The notes under the pieces: model-generated
What the model saw: only the letters and a program-made list of their open reading frames with translations
Database searches by the model: none
What the model was told of the DNA's origin: nothing
Source: a virus
Lineage: Duplodnaviria; Caudoviricetes
DNA length: 64,000 bases
Virus record (IMG/VR): IMGVR_UViG_3300032240_001498
Span: 128,001-192,000 of that record
Reading direction: 5' to 3' (one strand)
Translations under genes and position numbers: made by a program
In this document: positions 10,967 through 20,519 of the stretch, in pieces
How positions within the stretch are numbered: position 1 is the stretch's first letter
Layout of the letters: each line of letters opens with the position of its first letter

Positions 10967-12922
10967 ATGTCATACGTACTCAAAAAAACTAACGGAACAA
11001 CATTGGTTACCATTCAAGATGGTAGCATAGATTCAGCCACCGACCTTGTATTTGTAGGCAAGAACTATGCAGGGTACGGTCAAACAATAAACGAAAATTT
11101 TTTAAAGTTATTAGAAAATTTTGCAAATACAAAACAGCCAGCTGATCCTTTAAACGGACAAGTGTGGTACGACTCAGCAAATTTAAAATTAAGATTTTAT
11201 GATTCTGTCAATGCTCGATTTAAGAGCCTTACTGTAACCGATGTTGCAAGTAATAAACCCAGCGATTTAAAAGCAGGAGATCAGTGGTTTGATACAGTAG
11301 ATCAAAAATTATACGTTTACAATGGTATGGATTTTGTGATGATCGGTCCAGAGAAATCTATTACGGCCTTACAAAGTGCTATTGGTCCTAGTATAGTTGC
11401 TGATAATCTCAATAACAACTATACGGTATTAGGTGCAAGTGTTGGTACAGGCGGAGGTTCAACCGTTGCTGTATTTTCACCAAATGCATTTACACCAAAT
11501 ACAAATAGTTTATTAGCAAGTGATCAAAAGTTTGCTAACGTTGCTCGAGGTATTACATTACCTGGTACAAGAGTTGCAAATGGTTCAAAAGATCCAACAG
11601 TTATTGGTGCATTGCCAGATAGAGCAAACAAATGGATATTCTTTGGTGCCGCTGGATCAAGTTGGGGATTATTAGAAAATGATGCTCTAGGTAACATTAT
11701 ATTTTATGATTCAAAGAATTATATTCGCAGAGATGAATTTGCCAGTTTTAGCGGAAGTTTAACAGTTAACAGTGACTTTGGTATCCTTGCAGGAACCAAC
11801 AGAGTCATTCAGATGCACGTAACAAACAACACAATTGGTAATTTATCTAACATTAATTACACCACATTGAAGTTTAACGTTAATCCTGGGACAGGCCTTA
11901 CAAACGTAATTACTCTTGACGGAACAAGCGGATTAAAAGTTTTACCAAGCTCTGTATCAAATGTTGATTTAGGAACATCTGGGGATGGCGGAAGTTTTGT
12001 TAATGGATATATCAAGAATTTATATGCGTCTTCATTAACTACTTCTACGAGTGGTGTAATACGAGGTAATTGGGTATTAGCCGCCGGATCTCAAATTTCA
12101 GGTGGAACAATTACAGGTAGCTCAAGCGCATTAGCAACCAGCTCTACTTATTTAGAAAGCTATGTAAGGGATGCACAAACATTTGTACATACTGATATTA
12201 CAGATGTTCCATTTAGCATTACACAGCGGAATAGTGCAGGCGCGATACAGGTTACAGGCATATCTGTTGCATCAACAGGCACTTCCAAAATTACCGGTGC
12301 TTGGATACTAGATACTGCATCTACTCTACAAGCAACTACAATTTTAGGTGCAGGTACTACTGGTTATGTAACTCCGAGTCAAGGTGTTGCAAATAATTCT
12401 ATTGCTCAAAGAGATGGTACTGGCGGATTATCAGCCACTGCTATTACTACTCCGTGGATATATGCAGGCTCTGGCAATAGCGCAAATGGAAAAATTAGTG
12501 GAACATGGACGCTTGATGGAACCAGTACATTAGAAGCTACCTATTCAGACCTTGCAGAAAAATATCATGCAGACGGACCCTATGAAGAAGGTACTGTATT
12601 AGTGGTTGGGGGAAGTTACGAAGTTACAACTACTACTAAGAGAGCTGATCCTAGCATCGCTGGAATAGTTTCAACCAAGCCGGCATTTAAAATGAATCAA
12701 GCGGCTGGTCCAGAAAGCACACATCCATACATTGCACTCAAAGGCCGTGTTCCATGCAAAGTAAACGGAACAATACGCAAAGGTGATAGATTAGTTTCTA
12801 GTTCATTAAGCGGACATGCAGAAGCATGGAAGCCTGGGGATGATCCAAACGCTGTACTAGGTATAGCCCTAGAAGATCATATAGTAATAGATGGTACAGG
12901 AATAATAGAAGTTAAGGTCTAA
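10967..12922 (+). CDS. Tail/baseplate fibre protein, paralogue 4, with C-terminal Peptidase_G2-like intramolecular chaperone domain
   Basis: Same N-terminal domain; C-terminal SDLAEKY...GTVLVVGG...GIVS.KPA..MN...ALKGRVPCKV...KGD. Confidence 0.75.
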   Translation: MSYVLKKTNGTTLVTIQDGSIDSATDLVFVGKNYAGYGQTINENFLKLLENFANTKQPADPLNGQVWYDSANLKLRFYDSVNARFKSLTVTDVASNKPSDLKAGDQWFDTVDQKLYVYNGMDFVMIGPEKSITALQSAIGPSIVADNLNNNYTVLGASVGTGGGSTVAVFSPNAFTPNTNSLLASDQKFANVARGITLPGTRVANGSKDPTVIGALPDRANKWIFFGAAGSSWGLLENDALGNIIFYDSKNYIRRDEFASFSGSLTVNSDFGILAGTNRVIQMHVTNNTIGNLSNINYTTLKFNVNPGTGLTNVITLDGTSGLKVLPSSVSNVDLGTSGDGGSFVNGYIKNLYASSLTTSTSGVIRGNWVLAAGSQISGGTITGSSSALATSSTYLESYVRDAQTFVHTDITDVPFSITQRNSAGAIQVTGISVASTGTSKITGAWILDTASTLQATTILGAGTTGYVTPSQGVANNSIAQRDGTGGLSATAITTPWIYAGSGNSANGKISGTWTLDGTSTLEATYSDLAEKYHADGPYEEGTVLVVGGSYEVTTTTKRADPSIAGIVSTKPAFKMNQAAGPESTHPYIALKGRVPCKVNGTIRKGDRLVSSSLSGHAEAWKPGDDPNAVLGIALEDHIVIDGTGIIEVKV

Positions 12923-12924
12923 AA

Positions 12925-12948
12925 AAAAGCTACCCTAGGGTAGCTTTT
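12925..12948. terminator. Bidirectional intrinsic terminator between convergent gene blocks
   Basis: Perfect 24-bp palindrome aaaagctaccctagggtagctttt with A/T tracts on both sides, between stops at 12922 (+) and 12950 (-). Confidence 0.9.
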
Positions 12949-12949
12949 C

Positions 12950-13513
12950 TTATGCTTCAACAGTTTCTGCCTTGGCTTTTTTCTTTGGCGGATCTAACTC
13001 ATCTGCTGTCTTACGTAGTTTGGCCGCTTCTTTATATAAAGCATCGGCACGTGAACGCATTTCTGCAGGGGTCATCTCAGTTGTTGAAATTTCCTTTTCA
13101 GCTTTTGGTTCTGTGTTAGTTGCTGGCTTACCATCTTCGGTAGTTGCTAAGTCGTTAACTGACACACCTTTTTGCTGTGCAATGAGCTTATTCAACTCAT
13201 CCAAAGGGATCTCATCGTTTCTTGTTGGTGTAACGATTACACCGTCTGTGGGAACCTTTTTAAGATGTCCGTTGGTATGCAAATGTGCTAACATATTGTT
13301 ACCGTCCGGAAACTTTTTAACAGCCAAGATTTCCGAAACTTCATTTGCCTGCTGGGCTAAGTCACTCTCGACAACACTCATTAGAGCGTCATGGTATGCA
13401 TCTCCAAGCGCATTAGTGCCAATGACTAGGGCACTATTTGCATCTCCGGGGATGGTGCGATATGCAATCACAACCCTTGCCCCGTTATTTTTCATTTTAC
13501 CAACGTGTTTCAT
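12950..13513 (-). CDS. Hypothetical protein
   Basis: 187 aa ORF with GGAG SD; tiles with neighbours. Confidence 0.8.
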   Translation of the reverse strand: MKHVGKMKNNGARVVIAYRTIPGDANSALVIGTNALGDAYHDALMSVVESDLAQQANEVSEILAVKKFPDGNNMLAHLHTNGHLKKVPTDGVIVTPTRNDEIPLDELNKLIAQQKGVSVNDLATTEDGKPATNTEPKAEKEISTTEMTPAEMRSRADALYKEAAKLRKTADELDPPKKKAKAETVEA

Positions 13514-13525
13514 CGAAGGCTCCTA

Positions 13526-13807
13526 TTATTGAGCGGCCGGTGCTGGTTGCTGTACGCCGTCGGCTACTCCTGGTGATGGAGGAAGCGATTGTGGGTAAAC
13601 TGCTTCCAAGAATTTGTTTAGCTTGTTAAACACAGCGCCAACAGCTTCCATTTCAGCGGCACGGAATGCGCCACGTTGAGCGGCTACGTCAATAACTGAA
13701 CGTAGGTTTGTTAGGTCTGCAATTGATAGTTCTGGGGTTGCCGCAGGGGCTTCTTGTCCACCTACTGGTGCACCTTGTTGAACTTGACCTTGATCTAAAT
13801 CTGCCAT
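13526..13807 (-). CDS. Hypothetical protein
   Basis: 93 aa ORF, AGGAG SD upstream. Confidence 0.75.
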   Translation of the reverse strand: MADLDQGQVQQGAPVGGQEAPAATPELSIADLTNLRSVIDVAAQRGAFRAAEMEAVGAVFNKLNKFLEAVYPQSLPPSPGVADGVQQPAPAAQ

Positions 13808-13819
13808 TTGTATCTCCTA

Positions 13820-14095
13820 TTATAATTGGTTTAAGTATGGGCATGCCAGACTAAACATAGTTAGTTCAGACGCATCTTCGAAGCCTATTTCTTGAGTTTC
13901 GATCATGCGGTTATCTTCACTAATTTTGAGTGTCCGTTTTATAGCATATCTACTGTTTAAGTTACTGTAAACCCAACTACTTATTTTGTCAGAATCAGCT
14001 TTTATACTCATTCTGACAAAGTGCTTAGGGAAGTGATTTAGTCTTCTTTGTCCTAATACATTCAGCGGATTAACTGTACCTTTTGCAAGTGACAT
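13820..14095 (-). CDS. Hypothetical protein
   Basis: 91 aa ORF; TATAAATA late-promoter-like octamer at 14109-14116 just upstream. Confidence 0.7.
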   Translation of the reverse strand: MSLAKGTVNPLNVLGQRRLNHFPKHFVRMSIKADSDKISSWVYSNLNSRYAIKRTLKISEDNRMIETQEIGFEDASELTMFSLACPYLNQL

Positions 14096-14107
14096 AATAT
14101 ACCACTT

Positions 14108-15367
14108 TTATTTATAGTAGGCATGAGAGCCAAAGGGTGGAATTATGGTTTCGTTTCCGTGGATAATAAACAGGCTATCACAATAGTGTTCATCACCCCA
14201 GCTACCGCAAGGATAACCGTCTGTAAACATAATGAACTTTTTAGGCTCAATTCCTTCTTCTTTCATAAAGTTAAAGTTAACGTCAAAGTCTGTACCGCCG
14301 CCACCTTTTACTTCATAGTCCATAATTTCGTCTGCGGTATCGCCAGTGAATTTAGCATAGTTGTAGACTTCGGTATCAAAGCACCAAATGTCAAGTTTGA
14401 AGTCTTTGTATTCTTCCATAATACCTTTAACTTCACTCATAAAGTCTTTGGCTTGAACATCTGAAATAGATCCGCTCATGTCAATGGCAATACTTACGTC
14501 AATAGTTTCTTCGTTCATAAGTCCGGGCAAAACTGCACCGCTATGTTGACTTTTACGATTAGGACGACTGAAGCTGAAATTGCTTTTAACAATACTTTGG
14601 ATCTGCATACGCAACAGTTGTCGCCAGTCCATCTTTGGCTCAGTAAAGTCTTTGATCAAACGTGCAACACCTGCTGGAACACGACCGGCTCCTGCTGACT
14701 GTGCCGCGGCAACCATTGCTTCTTTGATCTCGTCACGGATCTGTTTCTTTTCTTCGGCAGTAAGTTTAGGACGGCCCTTGCCTTTACCTTCTTTGTCTCC
14801 ATCTTCATCGCCACCACCTTCGCCTTCACCTTCTTCGTCAAGGTGCTCGTCGAGCAGTTCTCCTAATTTAGAGATGTCAATCTTTTCTGCCTTTTCATAA
14901 ATGTCATCGTAAATTTCTTCATATGACATACCGCGGTATTTGCTGTCTTGGAAAATCTTAATCCAATCAGGCACTTCGCCGATGCGTTCATCTTTAAGAA
15001 TTTGATTGACTGCAAAGTCTGCCGCAATGTTTGACAGTTGAGGATCGCGACCGTTACGGCGACCCATATGGTCAAACACATTATGTAGAACTTCGTGAGC
15101 AAACCCAAACTCTGCTTGTTTAGGAGTAAGTTTATCTACAAAGCCGACATTGTAGTAAAATCTGCGGCCGTCAGTTGCAAGGGTAGAGCACCAGTCACTT
15201 GCATCAATTAGTTGCAGACGAGTTGCCATGTTACCAAAAAATGGATGGCGAAGTAGCAAGCCTACACGGGCTGTAATCAATTTGTCAATTACTTTATTTT
15301 TTTCGGATTCTGTATAGACGCGAGTTTTGTCAACTTTGGTCTTTTCTTGTTTCATTACTTGGGACAT
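14108..15367 (-). CDS. DUF2201-type metallopeptidase-like/vWA protein (partner of MoxR-type ATPase)
   Basis: HExxH (HEVLH), acidic/Gly linker, C-terminal vWA MIDAS (DMSGS...GGGT...TDG). Confidence 0.85.
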   Translation of the reverse strand: MSQVMKQEKTKVDKTRVYTESEKNKVIDKLITARVGLLLRHPFFGNMATRLQLIDASDWCSTLATDGRRFYYNVGFVDKLTPKQAEFGFAHEVLHNVFDHMGRRNGRDPQLSNIAADFAVNQILKDERIGEVPDWIKIFQDSKYRGMSYEEIYDDIYEKAEKIDISKLGELLDEHLDEEGEGEGGGDEDGDKEGKGKGRPKLTAEEKKQIRDEIKEAMVAAAQSAGAGRVPAGVARLIKDFTEPKMDWRQLLRMQIQSIVKSNFSFSRPNRKSQHSGAVLPGLMNEETIDVSIAIDMSGSISDVQAKDFMSEVKGIMEEYKDFKLDIWCFDTEVYNYAKFTGDTADEIMDYEVKGGGGTDFDVNFNFMKEEGIEPKKFIMFTDGYPCGSWGDEHYCDSLFIIHGNETIIPPFGSHAYYK

Positions 15368-15397
15368 GTTAACTCCGTTTCTTTAGTGTATGTATAT

Positions 15398-15426
15398 ATT
15401 ATATACTTTCTTTTTGGTTTTGTCAA
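15398..15426 (-). promoter_or_regulatory. sigma70-type promoter for the vWA gene
   Basis: Minus strand TTGACA-N17-TATAAT, perfect consensus. Confidence 0.9.
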
Positions 15427-15623
15427 CCTCTAATAAGGCCAAAAATACTGTTTTGGAGATCTGCGACTTCGTCGTTAGGCACATAAAAGTCCGTTCTAGG
15501 ATCCCAATATTCTCCTGCCTTTGTGTCATAATAAAGGACACGGCCGTTTGGATAATGGAAAGGACCTTCTAGGCCTTTTCGAGCGGTGTATTCTTTATTA
15601 TGCTGAAAGACGGTGTAAGACAT
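15423..15623 (-). CDS. Small hypothetical protein
   Basis: 66 aa ORF, start overlaps previous stop (TGATG). Confidence 0.65.
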   Translation of the reverse strand: MSYTVFQHNKEYTARKGLEGPFHYPNGRVLYYDTKAGEYWDPRTDFYVPNDEVADLQNSIFGLIRG

Positions 15624-15799
15624 CAGTAGTTTTCCTTAATAATGTAGTAGTGTGTTGTTGGGTACTTTTCCAAAAGCTCTTGTTCTTTAATCCATTTGTT
15701 CATATCTGGCGCAGTAAAAAACAATTTACTGGTAAGTCCCTGAACTGATTTATTAGTTCCTTTTTCTACTACTGTTAGATACCAAGATTTTACGGCCAT
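15623..15799 (-). CDS. Small hypothetical protein (58 aa, absent from ORF track)
   Basis: Manual translation MAVKSWYLTVVEKGTNKSVQGLTSKLFFTAPDMNKWIKEQELLEKYPTTHYYIIKENY; AAGGA SD; TGATG coupling to next gene. Confidence 0.65.
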   Translation of the reverse strand: MAVKSWYLTVVEKGTNKSVQGLTSKLFFTAPDMNKWIKEQELLEKYPTTHYYIIKENY

Positions 15800-15822
15800 T
15801 TTATTTTTCCTTTATTTAAAAT

Positions 15823-15843
15823 GAAAAAGGCCCCGAAGGGCCT
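15823..15843 (-). terminator. Intrinsic terminator with cUUCGg tetraloop
   Basis: Minus strand AGGCCC-TTCG-GGGCCT-TTTT just after the AAA ATPase stop. Confidence 0.9.
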
Positions 15844-15847
15844 AATT

Positions 15848-16933
15848 TTAATTCTCCATTGCTGTGATAATGTACTTGCCGTACTTGTCATGGAAACGAT
15901 CAAAGTTATTCATCTTTGATGCATCAAACGGCAATTGATAGTTAGTCAACGCAACCTTGGAACCCATAACAACCAGCTCAGTTGGGAAATTATCCATCAT
16001 AAAGCCAAAGAAGTTGTCTGCCATTTTATTCCAGTCTTTAACCTTCTTTTCATGTGCAGTTTGAAGTTCGTAGCACAGGCTAATTACCAAAGAATACATC
16101 GCTGAAATTTCTTTGATATCGCACTTGGTAACAGATCCATCTAAGATAGATTCTGGCTTAGGCATTTGCTTGGCGACCTTGCGGTGAGCCATAAACTTGA
16201 CAGCAAGTCCATCACCTACCGCACCTGCGATGAGGTCAGTGAGCGTAGATTCAGGCAAGTCATCGTCGCCAAGCAAATCTGATACGAAGCTCCAAGAGCG
16301 TGGAGTAGCAAAACTACGTGCTGAACTCTTTGGATCAAAGTCGTACAAGTCGTTTTTAGCAAAACCAATGTAACCAACAACCTGTTCGTTAATCTTGTTG
16401 GTAACTGCCCATTCTTGCCAGTCATCAAAACTAACCTTCAATTCCAAGTGCAAGAAACGGTTTGCCAACGGAGCAGGCATGCGATATGTAACGCCCTTGT
16501 CAGTTTCACGGTTACCTGCGGCAACAATGCTAACACCTTTTGGCAAGTAATAAGTACCTACACGGCGGTTTAGAATAAGTTGATATGCCGCGGCCTGTGT
16601 AGCAGGAGCCGCTGAGTTAAGCTCGTCCAAGAATAGGACTGCTGTAGATTCTGGATCGCTAGGCAACTCAATCGGAGGAGCCCATTCCATGGAATTTGAT
16701 TTGCTGTTGTAAAACGGAATACCTTTAATATCTGTAGGTTCCCACAAGCTCAAACGAACGTCAATTACTTCACGCCCTGTCTCACCAGCAATCTGGTGAA
16801 CAATATCTGACTTGCCAATTCCGGGAGGACCCCACATGAAAACTGGACGATTTACTTTGAAGCACTTGCGGATAGCCGCTTTAGCTTCATTGGGACTTTG
16901 TGTACGGTTAGTACTGATCTCACCTTTTGCCAT
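15848..16933 (-). CDS. MoxR/CbbQ-like AAA+ ATPase
   Basis: Walker A GPPGIGKS, Walker B LFLDELN, AAGN and PLANRF motifs. Confidence 0.9.
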   Translation of the reverse strand: MAKGEISTNRTQSPNEAKAAIRKCFKVNRPVFMWGPPGIGKSDIVHQIAGETGREVIDVRLSLWEPTDIKGIPFYNSKSNSMEWAPPIELPSDPESTAVLFLDELNSAAPATQAAAYQLILNRRVGTYYLPKGVSIVAAGNRETDKGVTYRMPAPLANRFLHLELKVSFDDWQEWAVTNKINEQVVGYIGFAKNDLYDFDPKSSARSFATPRSWSFVSDLLGDDDLPESTLTDLIAGAVGDGLAVKFMAHRKVAKQMPKPESILDGSVTKCDIKEISAMYSLVISLCYELQTAHEKKVKDWNKMADNFFGFMMDNFPTELVVMGSKVALTNYQLPFDASKMNNFDRFHDKYGKYIITAMEN

Positions 16934-16987
16934 TTGTGTAACCTTTCAAAATAAAAACAAATGTAATTTACTACGCTCTAAGTATAT

Positions 16988-17016
16988 ATTATACGGCATC
17001 TTAGCGGAGAAGTCAA
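16988..17016 (-). promoter_or_regulatory. sigma70-type promoter for the AAA ATPase
   Basis: Minus strand TTGACT-N17-TATAAT. Confidence 0.85.
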
Positions 17017-17047
17017 GACCTTTTGGATAAACCAATCCGTTGTATTT

Positions 17048-17437
17048 TTACAACAGATGTTTTGCTTCGTTTGAGCTCCATCCGAATTTATGGACATCGC
17101 CGGAGAAAAGGATTAGTTGGAAGGCAGTTTTTTCTTTGAACACAATGATAGCATCTTTGTCCAAAAAATATGGACAGTCGATAAATCGATCCATCCAAAT
17201 TATTGTTTGCGAAGTTACTTGAAATTCTTCGTCTTTTGGAAATTCAATGCGATAGTCTTTGTAGCCCAACACATCTCGAAGATATTTGTATCCGTCAAAC
17301 GTTAGTCCCCAACCGCCCACTTTTTTATTACGTAGACTTTTCCATACACTTTTGTGGAATTGGTCAAAACTAACATTCTCTGATCTTTCGCCTAGCTCTT
17401 CGTAGAGTTTTTTGCTGAGATCTTTTTTGGTAATCAT
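17048..17437 (-). CDS. Hypothetical protein
   Basis: 129 aa ORF, ATGA overlap with upstream gene. Confidence 0.7.
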   Translation of the reverse strand: MITKKDLSKKLYEELGERSENVSFDQFHKSVWKSLRNKKVGGWGLTFDGYKYLRDVLGYKDYRIEFPKDEEFQVTSQTIIWMDRFIDCPYFLDKDAIIVFKEKTAFQLILFSGDVHKFGWSSNEAKHLL

Positions 17438-17721
17438 TCTTTGATAAGTTCACCAGTGGTCAATTTGTAAACACCAAAGTCGCTACAGTTGAAAAGTTTG
17501 TTTAATTTTTCTGCGAGATTATGGGCATGACCTGAATTTGAGAAGGATACTTTTTTGTATTTTGGACCAAGTTGTTGTGCTACTAGACTTGTGGTTTTTA
17601 AATTAACCGGTTGTGCTTTATAAAACACCGCCCATATGGCATCAGCTTCAAGTACTTGTTCTGTCTTGTAGTTTTTCTTATTTGTTATTTCTAACAATAC
17701 TTTAGGTTTAGGGCGTGACAT
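17434..17721 (-). CDS. Hypothetical basic protein
   Basis: Start moved to ATG 17721 (MSRPKPK) behind GGAG; TAAATA at 17747-17752. Confidence 0.7.
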   Translation of the reverse strand: MSRPKPKVLLEITNKKNYKTEQVLEADAIWAVFYKAQPVNLKTTSLVAQQLGPKYKKVSFSNSGHAHNLAEKLNKLFNCSDFGVYKLTTGELIKE

Positions 17722-17762
17722 AAGTGCATCTCCAAATATACGCACTTATTTATTATATACAG

Positions 17763-17990
17763 CTAGAAATTGCCGCCATCCATTTGTACTTGTGTATCTG
17801 GCTGATCCTGCATTGCGGCCTGCAGAATAGTGTCTAGTTCACCGCTAATACGTGTCATCACTACCGCTAGACTATTGGCCAACTCCGTGGCTTCTAAAAT
17901 GTCTAAAGTGACAATTTTCTGACCTGATTTAGCCGCAATTCTCGCCTTATCTAAGTAGTTTTCGATAGGAATTGTGTTTAATTGTCTCAT
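17763..17990 (-). CDS. Hypothetical protein
   Basis: 75 aa ORF tiling with neighbours. Confidence 0.65.
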   Translation of the reverse strand: MRQLNTIPIENYLDKARIAAKSGQKIVTLDILEATELANSLAVVMTRISGELDTILQAAMQDQPDTQVQMDGGNF

Positions 17991-18487
17991 GGGGTAGACT
18001 TGCCTATAGTGCTCAATACTTGACGCATCTCCAGTTCAGTTTTAAATGGACCTTTGTTTGCGTATCGTTCTAGTGTAATCAGTTTTGGGCAGAATGATTT
18101 GACCCAGCCTTTACGGAATTTGATTACATAATATCCTGCACAATACTGACTCTTTGACTTATCGCTCTTTGAGTAGATTGGTAATTTTTGTTGGACGTCA
18201 TAAACAGGATTATAGGGTTTACTTGAACAAGGGAATTCGTATATGCTATAATCTTGATCTTTAGACTTTACGTCCTTTCCAGTTTTTTCTTTCTTCAGTT
18301 GTTCTTCACTAATTGAAATTCCAAATAGTGTTTTAAAAACTGCTAGGTCAGCAAGGTCAACTTTTTGACCTTTGCGCATGAAACTATAACCTTTTTTCTC
18401 TTTGGTTAGGGTTCCTAGTTTTTCACCTTCAACTTCTAACAACCAAAACTTGCCATCAATGATCGGCTTAGTTAATGCTTCTGTCAT
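17987..18487 (-). CDS. Hypothetical protein
   Basis: Start moved to ATG 18487 behind GGAGG SD. Confidence 0.7.
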   Translation of the reverse strand: MTEALTKPIIDGKFWLLEVEGEKLGTLTKEKKGYSFMRKGQKVDLADLAVFKTLFGISISEEQLKKEKTGKDVKSKDQDYSIYEFPCSSKPYNPVYDVQQKLPIYSKSDKSKSQYCAGYYVIKFRKGWVKSFCPKLITLERYANKGPFKTELEMRQVLSTIGKSTP

Positions 18488-18501
18488 ATTTGCCTCCGTG
18501 T

Positions 18502-19485
18502 TCATACTGTGTATCTTGCGTTAAGTGGGTCTGCGTAACTTTGAATTTGTTCCGTAACTTTGATCAAGTCGTAGGTTCCGCAGAACTTCATAAGTCTAAT
18601 TCCAACTTGCGGAATTTCTTTTGGTACTGCATTTTCTGCAATCGTCTGCGCAATAATCGCTTTAATTTCATCTGGCTGTGCAGTAAGATCGCACAACTTA
18701 ACATTACGGATATAGTCGTCCAATACTCTGTGTTCTACACCTTCATGGTCGGTCCAACGTTGGAGCATGAGATTGTTCCAATTATATCCTTTTGAGTTTC
18801 TGTCAGCAAAGGCTTCTCTGAGTCCAACTTTGTTCTTAGTACCTTTTTCTCTAACGCCGGGGAAAGCAGAAAAGATGTTGTCGGAGGTATCTCCTCGTAT
18901 ACACTTCTCGAATAGGAGCCATTCTGGGTCCGGAGCAGGCTTGGTAGTTTTTGTTTTCTTGTCAACAACTGGTTTCCCCTTTTCATCAAAATAACCTTCG
19001 TGTGTAGTAGTAACACCACTTACACCATTATACTGTCTTACGTTAGGCGCAATCAACTGTGCGAAGTCGCCGTCTGTTGAAATGATAACATGGTTATCGT
19101 TTGGATGTGCTTGAATGAAGCCAGCGATCAAATCGTCAGCTTCTAGTTGCTTATGTTGCAATACTGTACAATTGGTCTTTTCATTTAAGAAATTCTTGAA
19201 CTCATCAAATGTTTCCCAAAAAACTTTATCTTCTTCTGCATCACGTGGGCTCAATGCATCACGTGCTACTTGTCTATTTCGTTTGTAAGGCTCATAATGA
19301 TCCTTACGCCACGAGCGACCTTCTAATGCGAATACAACATGTTTCCCATCAAAGTCTTTCCATGCTTTACGAACTGAGTTAAGAATAACGTGCAAGCTCA
19401 TTCCGACCTTTTCGGATATGTCTCCACGAACTACGTGACGGGCACGAAAGAATGTATTTGCTGTATCTACAATAATATATGTCAT
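18502..19485 (-). CDS. T4 RNase H-like 5'-3' exonuclease / flap endonuclease
   Basis: IIVDTANTFFR, LEGRSWRK, EADDLIA, STDGDF, GDTSDNI acidic motifs. Confidence 0.9.
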   Translation of the reverse strand: MTYIIVDTANTFFRARHVVRGDISEKVGMSLHVILNSVRKAWKDFDGKHVVFALEGRSWRKDHYEPYKRNRQVARDALSPRDAEEDKVFWETFDEFKNFLNEKTNCTVLQHKQLEADDLIAGFIQAHPNDNHVIISTDGDFAQLIAPNVRQYNGVSGVTTTHEGYFDEKGKPVVDKKTKTTKPAPDPEWLLFEKCIRGDTSDNIFSAFPGVREKGTKNKVGLREAFADRNSKGYNWNNLMLQRWTDHEGVEHRVLDDYIRNVKLCDLTAQPDEIKAIIAQTIAENAVPKEIPQVGIRLMKFCGTYDLIKVTEQIQSYADPLNARYTV

Positions 19486-19878
19486 TTAAAATATTTCCGC
19501 CTTGCCATTGCCAAGACTGTTTACGTTGATGTAACCGACACCTCTTTGAGACATGTTAACATTTTCTTCCATTGCAACATCTCTACAAAGATCTTTGAAC
19601 CAGGCGTCAACTATTGCTTCTTCAGTGTCGCCTGTGTAACCGGACTCTCTTAATTTTACTATAAAATACTCGTTCCAGTCAAGCTCAAAAAAGCCATTAC
19701 GAATGTTATCTTCGTTTATATGTGTATTTAATACCGCAACATATGGCTCTTTTTTGAGTGTAGCCGCTTCTTTTGGCGGAAGTGTTTCGGTTACGACTTC
19801 TGCATATTTTTTAGCTTCAGCTTCCATTTCGGATTGGCTAGGCTTTCTTTTAAAAAACTGTTTGATTCTTTCTATCAT
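19486..19878 (-). CDS. Hypothetical protein
   Basis: 130 aa ORF tiling with neighbours. Confidence 0.7.
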   Translation of the reverse strand: MIERIKQFFKRKPSQSEMEAEAKKYAEVVTETLPPKEAATLKKEPYVAVLNTHINEDNIRNGFFELDWNEYFIVKLRESGYTGDTEEAIVDAWFKDLCRDVAMEENVNMSQRGVGYINVNSLGNGKAEIF

Positions 19879-20519
19879 AATTCTGTCCTTTGTGGTTTTT
19901 TCCTGTAGTCTACGTTAGAATAGTTAGTAGTAATTACCCAACGATCTTCATCGCTTTGGTTATCCTGTGTTTGATGTTGCAACCATCCGGGAAAGAATAG
20001 CACATCACCTGTAACTGCGGCTACTGGTTGATATTCTTCGAGACTGTTGGGCTGTGTATTTTTACGTTGGATACTACGTAGATCAAAATGCGGATCTTTA
20101 AACAAAATAAATCCACCGTTTTCAGGCATTTGCAAATATGCCGCAATACTTAGACTGCACATTCCGTGAGCATGTGGAAACGTAAATCCGCCTTTCTTGT
20201 GTAGATTAACCCAACTATTAGTGACCCAATAGGGCATGTAACTTTCTAAGAGTAATCGTCCAAACAAAACTTCAACAGCTACTTCATGTTGCCATGCATA
20301 AAACTCTTTAAACATGGGATGATGATGAGGTGGCATTTTTTGATTAGACACAGAACTCCATGCTTGTCCGACTTCTAACTCAAGCTCGCCACCGTTCTCT
20401 GCACCTGCCATAATTTCTCTGGCGGCATCTAAATGGGCATCAGTAAATCCATCATAGTGTGCTTTAAACACTATTGGCGGATAAGGATTGATGGCCTCAA
20501 TCTTCATTAGGTTCCCCAT
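19875..20519 (-). CDS. 2OG-Fe(II) oxygenase superfamily protein (TIGR02466-like)
   Basis: SWVN...PHAH...YL...GDVLFFPGWLQH...R pattern; triad is HAH rather than HxD. Confidence 0.75.
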   Translation of the reverse strand: MGNLMKIEAINPYPPIVFKAHYDGFTDAHLDAAREIMAGAENGGELELEVGQAWSSVSNQKMPPHHHPMFKEFYAWQHEVAVEVLFGRLLLESYMPYWVTNSWVNLHKKGGFTFPHAHGMCSLSIAAYLQMPENGGFILFKDPHFDLRSIQRKNTQPNSLEEYQPVAAVTGDVLFFPGWLQHQTQDNQSDEDRWVITTNYSNVDYRKKPQRTEL

